From an uncultured Candidatus Poseidoniales archaeon (GTDB lineage: Archaea; Thermoplasmatota; Poseidoniia; Poseidoniales; Thalassarchaeaceae), in assembly GCA_902573015.1 (NCBI GenBank), contig CACGIE010000003.1, positions 10,589 through 74,588 of the forward strand: a stretch of DNA of 64,000 nt, read 5' to 3'. Positions 56,050 to 64,000 of the stretch are shown here, in pieces. Below the pieces are notes generated by a model that saw nothing but the letters and a program-made list of their open reading frames with translations, did no database searches and was not told the DNA's origin. The translations under genes and the position numbers were made by a program. Every line of letters starts with the position of its first letter. The first letter of the stretch is position 1.

Positions 56050-56104
56050 CGGCCCACCGACCCGAAGACCCCCTATGAACGGTACGGCAGTAAAAGAAGA
56101 GGAA

Positions 56105-56719
56105 TCACTGGGGAGAAATACGCCAAAGTGAGGCTCTAGTTCTTCCCCTCATTCTTGAATGATGCCCATAAGTTGCGGGGAGGGCGAATTCTAGATTTCC
56201 GTATTCTTCAGAAGACCAGTCAAATTCCTTGAAGAAATTCCTGATGTGTGTCGCTCTTGAGCTATGCATCAAATGTGCAATGGTGCCGATTGAGATGATT
56301 TCCTCTAAAAATGGCCTATCAGAGGCTTTCTTTTGAGTTCCCCACGGAGGATTGGATACTACAATATCGGCTTCACGGATTTCAATATCCTTTTTACCGA
56401 TTTTAGAATTTATAATTTTAACACGATCACTGATTCCTAGAGACTGGGCATTTCTAGTGGAAACTTCACAAGATTCTACGTCTGAATCCACCAGTATTGC
56501 TGACCCCGCCCCCAATAGAACGGCTCCAATCCCCAGAATCCCGTTTCCACACCCCAAATCTACTACTCTACAACCGGGCTTTAGATCATTGAACGATTGA
56601 ATATCGAAAAGCCATCTTGCTGCAATTTCTCCCTCTGTCTGGTATTGCTCAAGATTCAGATCAGGGTCCGATATTCCCTCCAACTTTGAGAGTTTGATTG
56701 CTAACGAGCGTAGGCGCAT
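56105..56719 (-). CDS. SAM-dependent methyltransferase with an NPPW motif (COG2263/METTL5-like)
   Basis: VVDLGCGNGILGIG (motif I) and VVSNPPWG (motif IV). It is in a same-strand tandem immediately upstream of csl4. Confidence 0.75.
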   Translation of the reverse strand: MRLRSLAIKLSKLEGISDPDLNLEQYQTEGEIAARWLFDIQSFNDLKPGCRVVDLGCGNGILGIGAVLLGAGSAILVDSDVESCEVSTRNAQSLGISDRVKIINSKIGKKDIEIREADIVVSNPPWGTQKKASDRPFLEEIISIGTIAHLMHSSRATHIRNFFKEFDWSSEEYGNLEFALPATYGHHSRMRGRTRASLWRISPQ

Positions 56720-56806
56720 GGTTCGACATTACGCCGAGGTGTTTGAATTAATCCAAACGCTAGTTCGAATGCATAGTTCAAATACTCTCTATTATTTACT
56801 CCCATT

Positions 56807-58075
56807 ATGGAAGCAATGGGGCTGGCCTATGTGGCGTTGGGGATGCTAGCGGGTGCATCCTTGGGATGGGCACTGGCTAGGTCAAGAACCATGTCGGAAA
56901 CAAATTCAGTAGAAGAGGAACTGATTAGGACGAAGGCACTTCTGGAAGTTGGAAGCAAATCGGAAGAAAAGACACATCAGCAGATGCTGGATGGGTTCAG
57001 AATAGCAGCTGGAGAGGCCTTCTCTAAAGCTGTAGAGACTGCTGACAAGCAAAAAGAGTCCTCATTCAAGAAGGCTACAGAGGATCTTAGACAGGACCTT
57101 GGAGGATATATCGAAGCAATTCAAGACGCTAAGGAGAAAGACATTGCAAGAGTTGCCACATTAGGTGCCAAGGTCGACAATGTGAGTGCTCTGGGGACAA
57201 GCCTCGCCCAGGAAACAAGAGAGCTTACCTTGGCTCTGAGAGGTGATTCCCAGGCACAGGGAGCTTGGGGGGAAGTAGTAGTTGAGAACCTGTTGCAGAG
57301 TATGGGTTTTGTTGAGGGAAGGGGCTACATCAAGCAAGAGTGGGATAAAGGAAAGAATGGTGAGAAGGGTAAAAGGGCGGATTTCATACTGAAACTACCT
57401 GAAAACCGTCAAGTGGTAATCGATTCGAAGGTCTCCCTGACTGCTTATACAGAATTCGTGAATGCGGAAGATGATGCAACCTCTGATTCGGCGATGAAAG
57501 CGCATTGCAGGTCTATCAGAGAACATTCAAAGAAATTAGCTACTAAGAACTATGAGGACATGGAGGGGTACAACACTCCTGACTTCGTCCTAATGGTGGT
57601 CCCCCTGGAAGGAGCTTTCATCGATGCAATGAGAGCGGATCAGAATCTCTACGAGGATTTACTCGTAGACAGGAGGGTGAAGGTTGTTAGTGGTTCGAGT
57701 CTGATGCTTACTCTAATGCTCATTCAGGAATTATGGAAAAGAGAGAAACAAACTAGTAACCAGAAAGAGATAGTGGAAAGAGGAGGTAGGCTCCATGACA
57801 AGGTTGTTCTATTCTTGGAGACGTTTACAGCCTTGGGGTACGAACTGGGACAAGCTACAGATGCATATCAAAAGGCTCTGGAGCAACTTAGCTCGGGTTC
57901 GGGGAACGTCATAAGGCAAACTGAGATGCTAAAGGAGCTAGGTTCCAAGACTAAGAAGGACTTGCGCGAAAAGAGTGGTTTGAGAAGTCTAGCGGAGAGG
58001 GCGGAAGAGGAGGAGTCATTTCCTGAGTCTTCTTCGGAAGACCATGATAGATTGGGAGAAGCACAAATTCAATGA
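56807..58075 (+). CDS. rmuC: DNA recombination protein RmuC family
   Basis: An N-terminal TM helix and a coiled coil are followed by GAWGEVVVENLL...RADFILKLPENRQVVIDSKVSLTAY, which is the restriction-endonuclease-like core typical of RmuC. Confidence 0.8.
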   Translation: MEAMGLAYVALGMLAGASLGWALARSRTMSETNSVEEELIRTKALLEVGSKSEEKTHQQMLDGFRIAAGEAFSKAVETADKQKESSFKKATEDLRQDLGGYIEAIQDAKEKDIARVATLGAKVDNVSALGTSLAQETRELTLALRGDSQAQGAWGEVVVENLLQSMGFVEGRGYIKQEWDKGKNGEKGKRADFILKLPENRQVVIDSKVSLTAYTEFVNAEDDATSDSAMKAHCRSIREHSKKLATKNYEDMEGYNTPDFVLMVVPLEGAFIDAMRADQNLYEDLLVDRRVKVVSGSSLMLTLMLIQELWKREKQTSNQKEIVERGGRLHDKVVLFLETFTALGYELGQATDAYQKALEQLSSGSGNVIRQTEMLKELGSKTKKDLREKSGLRSLAERAEEEESFPESSSEDHDRLGEAQIQ

Positions 58076-58625
58076 AGTCGTCAATATCGTTGGCGAATAT
58101 ACTGTTCTAGATCTTTCCAAGGGCCATTGGGTAGCTCCTGAGACGGAGTTCAGCGTAGGGAAGTATGATGAGCTCAGACCTGGCATGTATAACACAGAGA
58201 TATTTGCTGGAGAACGCTTCCTCCACGTGGGCATCGATATTTGCGGACCTGTGGGCACCCCTTGTATGTCTTTCATGGAAGGGGAGATATCACACTTCGG
58301 ATACAACCCAGAACCAGGAGATTACGGAAATGTAATAATTTCCAAACACGATTTGGGCGGAGTAAGTCTGTGGGCCCTATATGGGCACCTGAGCGATGAG
58401 TCAATAGAAAAAATGAGAGTGGGCATGAAGATTTCTCGTGGAGAGGTAATTGCATGGTTCGGGGATTATCACGAGAACGGCGGATGGGAGCCTCACTTAC
58501 ACTTCCAACTATCTTTGGTTGAGCCGACTACTCACGACCTGCCAGGTGTCGTTTCCCCCCTAGAAAGAGAGCAGGCTCTCAGAGACTATCCAGATCCCAG
58601 ATTAGTTCTTGGGCCACTCTACTGA
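58044..58625 (+). CDS. M23 (LytM-type) metallopeptidase domain protein with no signal peptide
   Basis: HVGIDICGPVGTP (HxxxD), YGHL and PHLHFQL (HxH). It overlaps the rmuC 3' end by 32 nt. Confidence 0.65.
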   Translation: MIDWEKHKFNEVVNIVGEYTVLDLSKGHWVAPETEFSVGKYDELRPGMYNTEIFAGERFLHVGIDICGPVGTPCMSFMEGEISHFGYNPEPGDYGNVIISKHDLGGVSLWALYGHLSDESIEKMRVGMKISRGEVIAWFGDYHENGGWEPHLHFQLSLVEPTTHDLPGVVSPLEREQALRDYPDPRLVLGPLY

Positions 58626-59668
58626 AGAGATGAGAGGTGAGACTTCAGAGACTCTATGGCAGGCATATCCGATGGATCCTCGCCCGTCAGTAATGCTAGC
58701 CCAATTGAAACCCAATCTGTAACATGTGCAGCGTACAGTAGCCTTTCTAGAAGGCTCTCTCCTTCGCATTCTATGACCCAGGTCGGCTTGGCTTCGATTT
58801 CGTCCAGCATCCACTCAATCCTTGAGTTCGTTCTAGGGTGGATGTCCTTGCCAGTCAGAACAAGTAGTGCCCGGTCGTGAGGGGATTCGCTAGTCCATGC
58901 AACTATCTCGTTGTGGTTCATCTCAGGGACATCGGTAGCACCTGCAAACTTAGCAGAGTTCTCGTTCAGCTGACACGTGAAACGGTATGCTGCTGCTCCC
59001 AGGCATGTTGGGGAGACTATCCCGATCTCCCTCCCAACCAGTGATCTGGAGAGCGTAGCAGCCATCCCGGAGTTAGTAGAAAGGTCTGATTCTGAAGACG
59101 CCGTAGACAGTCTGCTGAGCATCTCTTCTATCTCAACAGAGCTGGGTTTTGGAAGAATTCCCAATGCCCAACAGGCCGATAATTGAGTCCCGAAGATATG
59201 CCCAAAGGCAGAGCGGGGCATTTGGCCCGGGGGCACATTGAGGCACGCCGATCCTTCGGATTGAGAGATGACGTCCTCCAACTCCCCTCCTGAGCAAATG
59301 CCTACAACGGTTCCACCGGCAGAGATAACCTCCCTGACGCCATCGAGGGTCTCCTCTGTATTGCCCGAGTATGAAGTAGCGATAACAAGCCACTCGGGCC
59401 CCCACCAGCTGGGCACTCCGTAGTCGGTCCAAACAACAAATGGAAGTCCTCCGGAGTCATCGGATAGGGCCTTCAGGAACAAGCCGCCTGCTCCAGACCC
59501 GCCCATGCCCAGGCATAGCACGCCACTCCAGTCCGTTTCTTCTTCCAAGTCCAATCCGGTAGTCAAAGACGATCTCAGATCCTCAACGAAGTTCCTGGTG
59601 AAACCTGCCATATCACGTAAGTCAAATTCGGAGAGAAGTGACTCAAAATCGGGCTCGTCCATCTTCAC
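58619..59668 (-). CDS. Bifunctional phosphoglucose/phosphomannose isomerase (SIS-domain, archaeal PGI/PMI type)
   Basis: CLGMGGSGAGG, SYSGNTEET and a C-terminal PGI/PMI-like domain. An ATG also occurs at 59662. Confidence 0.75.
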   Translation of the reverse strand: MKMDEPDFESLLSEFDLRDMAGFTRNFVEDLRSSLTTGLDLEEETDWSGVLCLGMGGSGAGGLFLKALSDDSGGLPFVVWTDYGVPSWWGPEWLVIATSYSGNTEETLDGVREVISAGGTVVGICSGGELEDVISQSEGSACLNVPPGQMPRSAFGHIFGTQLSACWALGILPKPSSVEIEEMLSRLSTASSESDLSTNSGMAATLSRSLVGREIGIVSPTCLGAAAYRFTCQLNENSAKFAGATDVPEMNHNEIVAWTSESPHDRALLVLTGKDIHPRTNSRIEWMLDEIEAKPTWVIECEGESLLERLLYAAHVTDWVSIGLALLTGEDPSDMPAIESLKSHLSSLQ

Positions 59669-60717
59669 TCACCTTTACCTGATACTGGCAGTGCTAGCCA
59701 CTCACCATCTATGAAACCAATGCGTAACTCTTCCGAAGACCCGTCATCGTCGTAGGGAAGGGCCACCGTCGACACCTTGTAGTCTCCGGGATCCATGAAT
59801 TCAGCACCGGAGGTGTCCCTGTTCAGGATCTGCACAACGCACTGGTCGAAAAAGGAGCAAACCACGGAGGAGGCCTCCATATCTCGCCATGTTGCTCCTG
59901 TCCTCTCAAACCTGTCCAGCCTTCTCAGAATCGGGCCCTCCTTCTGCCAGCTGTCGACTATCCACAGCGCCTTCCTGAGACGGATCACGTCGCCTACCGA
60001 ATATGCTGGCTTCCTGTAGCTTAGGGTCAGCCTAGTCACTTCCACTCCGTCATTTACTCCTACTACAGTCGAGCTCTCCTTCACCGAACCGCCAAACGAC
60101 TTTGTGAGCCTCCTACCCCAATTCCTAGCAAGGCTCTTGGATCCTAGTTGGAGGTCCCATCCCCCTGGAACTGGCCCTTCCTTCGATATGAAGAACATGG
60201 GGTTTGGTTCCATTGAGGCCAGTAAATCGTCCAAAGTTGAGCGGATTCGAGATAATTCATCTTCGTCTAGCTTCCTTCCTGCTGATCTTAGTTGTACCGT
60301 GGCCTCGAAGTAGTCGCCATCCTTCCTGGTGCATGGAGTGCAAACCGCATTACTAGTCTGTAACAATGGAGCATGGGAGTCTTGGAATTCGTAACCGTCT
60401 ATCGAACCCGAAACATCCACATGAAGTCTGTTTGTTCTCTGGTCTATCTCTTGAACAGAGAATGAGACTTTGACGTCCTTGGCCCTATCCTCAAGAGTCA
60501 GGTTCTCTCTGATTCTGAGATCTGCGACGCTATGGGCATCCATTGAGGACCAGCCCCCTCGTATCTCGAAGGCCTCACACTTTGCACATCTCTTCTGCTG
60601 GATTGTCTCTGGCATCTTTGACAGAGTGGTACGCTTCCTCAGACATACCTCACACAGCCTATCCGAGGAAAGCGGCGGATCAGCGCCGCAAGTGATACAG
60701 AACGACCCTCCAGACAT
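59665..60717 (-). CDS. NMD3-family protein (archaeal homologue of the 60S export adaptor)
   Basis: The N-terminal Cys clusters are CITCG...CEVCLRK and CAKCEAF... 350 aa. Confidence 0.7.
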   Translation of the reverse strand: MSGGSFCITCGADPPLSSDRLCEVCLRKRTTLSKMPETIQQKRCAKCEAFEIRGGWSSMDAHSVADLRIRENLTLEDRAKDVKVSFSVQEIDQRTNRLHVDVSGSIDGYEFQDSHAPLLQTSNAVCTPCTRKDGDYFEATVQLRSAGRKLDEDELSRIRSTLDDLLASMEPNPMFFISKEGPVPGGWDLQLGSKSLARNWGRRLTKSFGGSVKESSTVVGVNDGVEVTRLTLSYRKPAYSVGDVIRLRKALWIVDSWQKEGPILRRLDRFERTGATWRDMEASSVVCSFFDQCVVQILNRDTSGAEFMDPGDYKVSTVALPYDDDGSSEELRIGFIDGEWLALPVSGKGE

Positions 60718-60774
60718 GCTTCTCCCAGTTCTCCGCTCAACCTCCCCGTTAGAAGGCTTACCACCAGTTTGAGG

Positions 60775-60915
60775 CTATTCTTTGGAATCTTCTGTTGGCT
60801 TTCCTGCTATCTCTCTTTTCAGTTTTGACAGGGATGAAATCCTACTGAACGTGTAGGAGAAGAGCATAGCGGCCAGGATCGAATAGGTCACAATTGCCTC
60901 GATCTCGCCGTTCAT
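60775..60915 (-). CDS. ccmD: CcmD-like small single-TM protein. The 46-aa ORF is below the ORF-track cutoff.
   Basis: My translation is MNGEIEAIVTYSILAAMLFSYTFSRISSLSKLKREIAGKPTEDSKE. Its start overlaps the ccmC stop as ATGA. Position and topology match CcmD. Confidence 0.55.
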   Translation of the reverse strand: MNGEIEAIVTYSILAAMLFSYTFSRISSLSKLKREIAGKPTEDSKE

Positions 60916-61625
60916 GACAGCACTTCCTTGTCGATTTTCCTGTTCTCCTCCTCCAATTCCCTTCTCAGCGAGTATATCGAGTAGTTCAGTAATACTAGCC
61001 CGATGAACAGTACCAAGAAAGAGAATGCTCCAAAGCCCATTAGCTGCTTGATTTCCAAATCAACTCCCGTCTCCCCAGATTCCCTCAGAATCACACCTGG
61101 GTGTCGATTCCTCCATAGAGTGGTCGCAACAGCTGTGACGGGGACAAGAACGAAGCCGAACAAACCTATTGCAGCTAGGGTGTCTCTAGTTTCCTCGCCA
61201 TCTGGCTGGCTTCTAATCGACATAACCAGGAATAACGCGACTGACGTAAGAAGGGCGTATGAGTTCAGCCTCACGTCTCCCCAATCCCATGGAACCCCCC
61301 ATTCGGCAGAACCCCAGATAGGGCCTGAAATAATCACCCCAAGCCCGAAGAGAAGACCTAGTTGCGAGCCTATGACCAGCATTGTCCAACCACTCTCGGA
61401 CCTCCTTACATACCAAGATGAGGCCCCTATGAAGAGGAGGCAAAAGGATAGGAAAGAGGTCCAAGCGAATGGAACATGCCAGTACAGGATTCTATAGGCT
61501 TCGGGAGCATTCCATGAGTTCGGATCTACCAACGGTGCGTAGAAGAAGCCTAGTAGGGCCGTTATGACTACGCAAATCATACCAACGATTGTAATTGGAA
61601 TCGCCAAGGTACTGTAATTGGCCAT
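60912..61625 (-). CDS. ccmC: Heme exporter / heme lyase component CcmC
   Basis: The Trp-rich WWD-type motif is WGSAEWGVPWDWGDVRLN. The protein has 6 TM helices and is 237 aa. Confidence 0.85.
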   Translation of the reverse strand: MANYSTLAIPITIVGMICVVITALLGFFYAPLVDPNSWNAPEAYRILYWHVPFAWTSFLSFCLLFIGASSWYVRRSESGWTMLVIGSQLGLLFGLGVIISGPIWGSAEWGVPWDWGDVRLNSYALLTSVALFLVMSIRSQPDGEETRDTLAAIGLFGFVLVPVTAVATTLWRNRHPGVILRESGETGVDLEIKQLMGFGAFSFLVLFIGLVLLNYSIYSLRRELEEENRKIDKEVLS

Positions 61626-61663
61626 ATCGCTGGGATTTTATCATTAGTCATGAATGCTATTAG

Positions 61664-63097
61664 TCAGTAATCTGGAATCATCACTGCCGCCAACCAGACC
61701 AAGGCTGAGATTAGGCTAGCGACTATGCAACTAACTACTGGGTCATGTACTGAGAGACTCCATGACATTCCATTGTCCATAATAGAGGAAAGTGCATCGG
61801 TCAACTCTAGAAAAGGCCATACCAATACAATCAGGATTAGGGGAGCCGGGGCGGAAGACGATCTAGAGAGGTCGGAAACCAGTAGATGCAGAGCAGTAGC
61901 GGCTATTGCCAAATCCATTAGGGCTAGAGCCGGAATCCATAGCCAGATAGCCACATCTTCGTATTCCCCTCCGTTGAAAGTTCCCGAAAGGACAACCCAT
62001 GACAAGTAAGTAATGGGAATCGGCAGAAGAATAGAGGCTCCTGTGATTGAGAGTGCCGGTCGTGCTATGGGTCCCACTACTGCATTCCACCAACGCCCAC
62101 AGTCCGATTCAGAGAGTCGCTGCACCAGGGCAGGGGAGGAAACCGCGGCGATGAATGCGGGAGCTAGTATCAATGATGCGTGAAGACGGCTGTCTTGGAG
62201 TTGGAAATCCTGCCCAGATAGTAGAGCATATGATAGGAGGATTGCCACTAATGCCGGCGTGACTCTTCCAACGGTTTCTATGGGATTCCGCACCTCCATC
62301 TTCACAGACCACTTAACTAGTGATGAAACTGGATTTTTGTTGCCTCTTTCTCCAGATTGTGGCAGATCACATATGTCACCCGATGATTTTCCTATTTGCT
62401 CTTCTATGGAACCATCCCTGATGGTAACTACTCTATCCGCTGATGAGGAGATATCTTTGTCATGAGTTGCCATCAGAATAGCATGATTCCTGGAAGATAA
62501 GGATCTAATCCAGCTTCTCAGGAGATCCTTGGCGGAGTCGTCTAATCCCTCTGATGGTTCATCGAGAAGTACGACCAGTGGAGAGTTACTGAGAGCTGCT
62601 GGAGCCAAGCCACCCAGGATTGCCACCCTTCTCCTCAGTCCGCCGGACAGATGGGCCAACCTATCATTAGCCCTATGTTCTAGACCCCATAAAGACAATA
62701 GTTCCATAATTTGATCATCACTATGTTCTATTCCGGCCACTGAGAGTGAAACGGAAATTCTCTCCATGACGGTCTCGTCACCGCAGAATCCTCCTTTCTG
62801 CAGGGTCAAACCCATAGAAGGAGGTTGGTTTCGCCTTCCCTGTGAATCTCTGACAACTATCGAGTTTCCGTTTTCCGCCCAAATCACATCTCCTGACCGA
62901 AGTGGAAGAAGTCCTGCGAATGCCTCAATGAGGGTTGTCTTTCCGGACCCATTCTCACCCATGATTGCAACGACTTCCCCCTGGCAGAGAGTCTCGGAGA
63001 CTCCGTCCAGCACCCGCTGGGCCCCTCGATGTACAACTAACTCAACGACTCGAGCCAACACTGGCGAGGGCATGCTTGTACGAGGACGACTACTCAT
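61664..63097 (-). CDS. ccmAB: CcmA (ABC ATPase) - CcmB (permease) fusion protein
   Basis: The N-terminal half has Walker A GENGSGKTT, signature LSGGLRRRV and Walker B VLLDEPSEGLD. The C-terminal ~220 aa have ~6 TM helices. It lies immediately upstream of ccmC. Confidence 0.7.
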   Translation of the reverse strand: MSSRPRTSMPSPVLARVVELVVHRGAQRVLDGVSETLCQGEVVAIMGENGSGKTTLIEAFAGLLPLRSGDVIWAENGNSIVVRDSQGRRNQPPSMGLTLQKGGFCGDETVMERISVSLSVAGIEHSDDQIMELLSLWGLEHRANDRLAHLSGGLRRRVAILGGLAPAALSNSPLVVLLDEPSEGLDDSAKDLLRSWIRSLSSRNHAILMATHDKDISSSADRVVTIRDGSIEEQIGKSSGDICDLPQSGERGNKNPVSSLVKWSVKMEVRNPIETVGRVTPALVAILLSYALLSGQDFQLQDSRLHASLILAPAFIAAVSSPALVQRLSESDCGRWWNAVVGPIARPALSITGASILLPIPITYLSWVVLSGTFNGGEYEDVAIWLWIPALALMDLAIAATALHLLVSDLSRSSSAPAPLILIVLVWPFLELTDALSSIMDNGMSWSLSVHDPVVSCIVASLISALVWLAAVMIPDY

Positions 63098-63152
63098 ATT
63101 GATTATTCCACGACTACGAATCCCTCTTTAGAGCGGTCATACGGGAAGTGTC

Positions 63153-64000
63153 ATGCCAAGGGACCTCGACTTCACCTGGGCTCAGTTAGAGGGGTCAGAC
63201 CTAGTATGGATGGCTTTCCTTGTGATAATTGCAGTAATTCCAGTGGCGAATGCTGCCAGGAATAGGGACAGTATAGCCCTAGGAATGGTACTTTCCATAA
63301 TCCTCGTACATTTTGTACAGTTCTTCCTATCCTCTTTCGAAAGCGCTCTGGATTTCTACCCTGTCGACATATTCAGCGTCATTCCAGTTTTGGCTGACGA
63401 CCCTCTGCACCAACACAGGATCTTAACGTCTGCTTGGCTTCATGCAGACTTCATCCATGTCTTAGGAAACGCACTAGTGATCGCATTGGCAGGAGTGCCT
63501 CTGGAGCAGAGAATGGGCGGAAAGAGGTGGATTGCGATTTACATTATTGGATTGGTGGGGGGGAACCTAGCCTGGATCATTTCACATCAGGATTCAGCCG
63601 TTCCTGCAATAGGGGCCAGCGGTGCCGCATTTGGAATACTGGGAGCATACATGGCCTGCTGGCCGGAGGATAAAATCGAGTTTCCACTGATCTTCATGAT
63701 CAGGGCATGGCCTGTATGGTTGATTGCATTTGTACGACTTGGATTGGAGATCTTCCAGATGTACTCAATACAAAGTGGAACTGCAGGAGAGACGAACATT
63801 GCACATTTGGCCCACATTGGCGGCTTCTTCCTAGCATATGCGTTGGCCAGACCGATAGCGAAAGGAGCTCCCAGCCCCATCGGATTAACTGGGCATTCCA
63901 TGGGCGGGTCATCGATTACCGATCAGATCAGGGTACAAGCAACTGCAAGGATGGGAAATTTAGAGAATGATCCTTGGACAGTTGCAGGAAAACCCCTCGA
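63153..64000 (+). CDS. Rhomboid-family intramembrane serine protease. The ORF runs off the right edge of the window.
   Basis: My translation from the ATG at 63153 stays open to the window end. Motifs are HADFIHVLGNALV (H..xN), GASGAAFGILGAY (GxSG) and IAHLAHIGGF (catalytic His). Confidence 0.8.
   Translation, partial: MPRDLDFTWAQLEGSDLVWMAFLVIIAVIPVANAARNRDSIALGMVLSIILVHFVQFFLSSFESALDFYPVDIFSVIPVLADDPLHQHRILTSAWLHADFIHVLGNALVIALAGVPLEQRMGGKRWIAIYIIGLVGGNLAWIISHQDSAVPAIGASGAAFGILGAYMACWPEDKIEFPLIFMIRAWPVWLIAFVRLGLEIFQMYSIQSGTAGETNIAHLAHIGGFFLAYALARPIAKGAPSPIGLTGHSMGGSSITDQIRVQATARMGNLENDPWTVAGKPL

Noticed and set aside
56745-56762. Imperfect palindrome gtttgaattaatccaaac between the methyltransferase and rmuC, as a possible operator.
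   Set aside because: Only 14 of 18 positions are self-complementary, and it occurs only once. That is too weak to call without comparative data.
61003-61497. 164-aa plus-strand ORF inside ccmC.
   Set aside because: It is antisense to a gene with the diagnostic WWD motif and 6 TM helices.

Overview
The window is archaeal chromosome. It carries r-proteins L37e, L44e and S27e, plus aIF2-alpha, Nop10, PolD small subunit (DP1), Csl4, Nob1, NMD3, a PAC2 chaperone, archaeal-type PheS-alpha and TyrRS. It also holds many bacterial-like metabolic genes: FolD, SufSE, acyl-CoA and glutaryl-CoA dehydrogenases, EtfAB, a class II CCA enzyme, RmuC and Ccm. That mix suggests a planktonic heterotrophic euryarchaeote of the Marine Group II/III type, but this is inference only. 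Two parts stand out.
(1) Positions 1 to ~18.9 kb are visibly AT-richer and form a cell-envelope/glycan island. It encodes GT-C-like membrane proteins, a Wzx-like flippase, AsnB, a heparinase II/III-like protein, a GT4, a CapK/PaaK-like adenylating enzyme and two divergent RCC1-repeat surface proteins. One RCC1 ORF is contiguous with a >1,100-aa Cys-repeat ORF. The island ends exactly at a tRNA-Ala. Four of its ORF breaks sit on G/C homopolymers (7-9 nt) at Trp-Gly-Gly codons.
(2) The rest is higher-GC core genome. Its noteworthy items are:
- an exported LVIVD-propeller / cupredoxin-like / double SCO1 cluster (19-25.8 kb);
- a Csl4 - zinc ribbon - RRM fusion;
- a CcmA-CcmB fusion with ccmC and an unlisted ccmD-like ORF;
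- four tRNAs that all encode their 3' CCA.
I saw no CRISPR array, transposase, integrase or rRNA. All functional calls rest on motifs read by eye from the translations; no database search was run.
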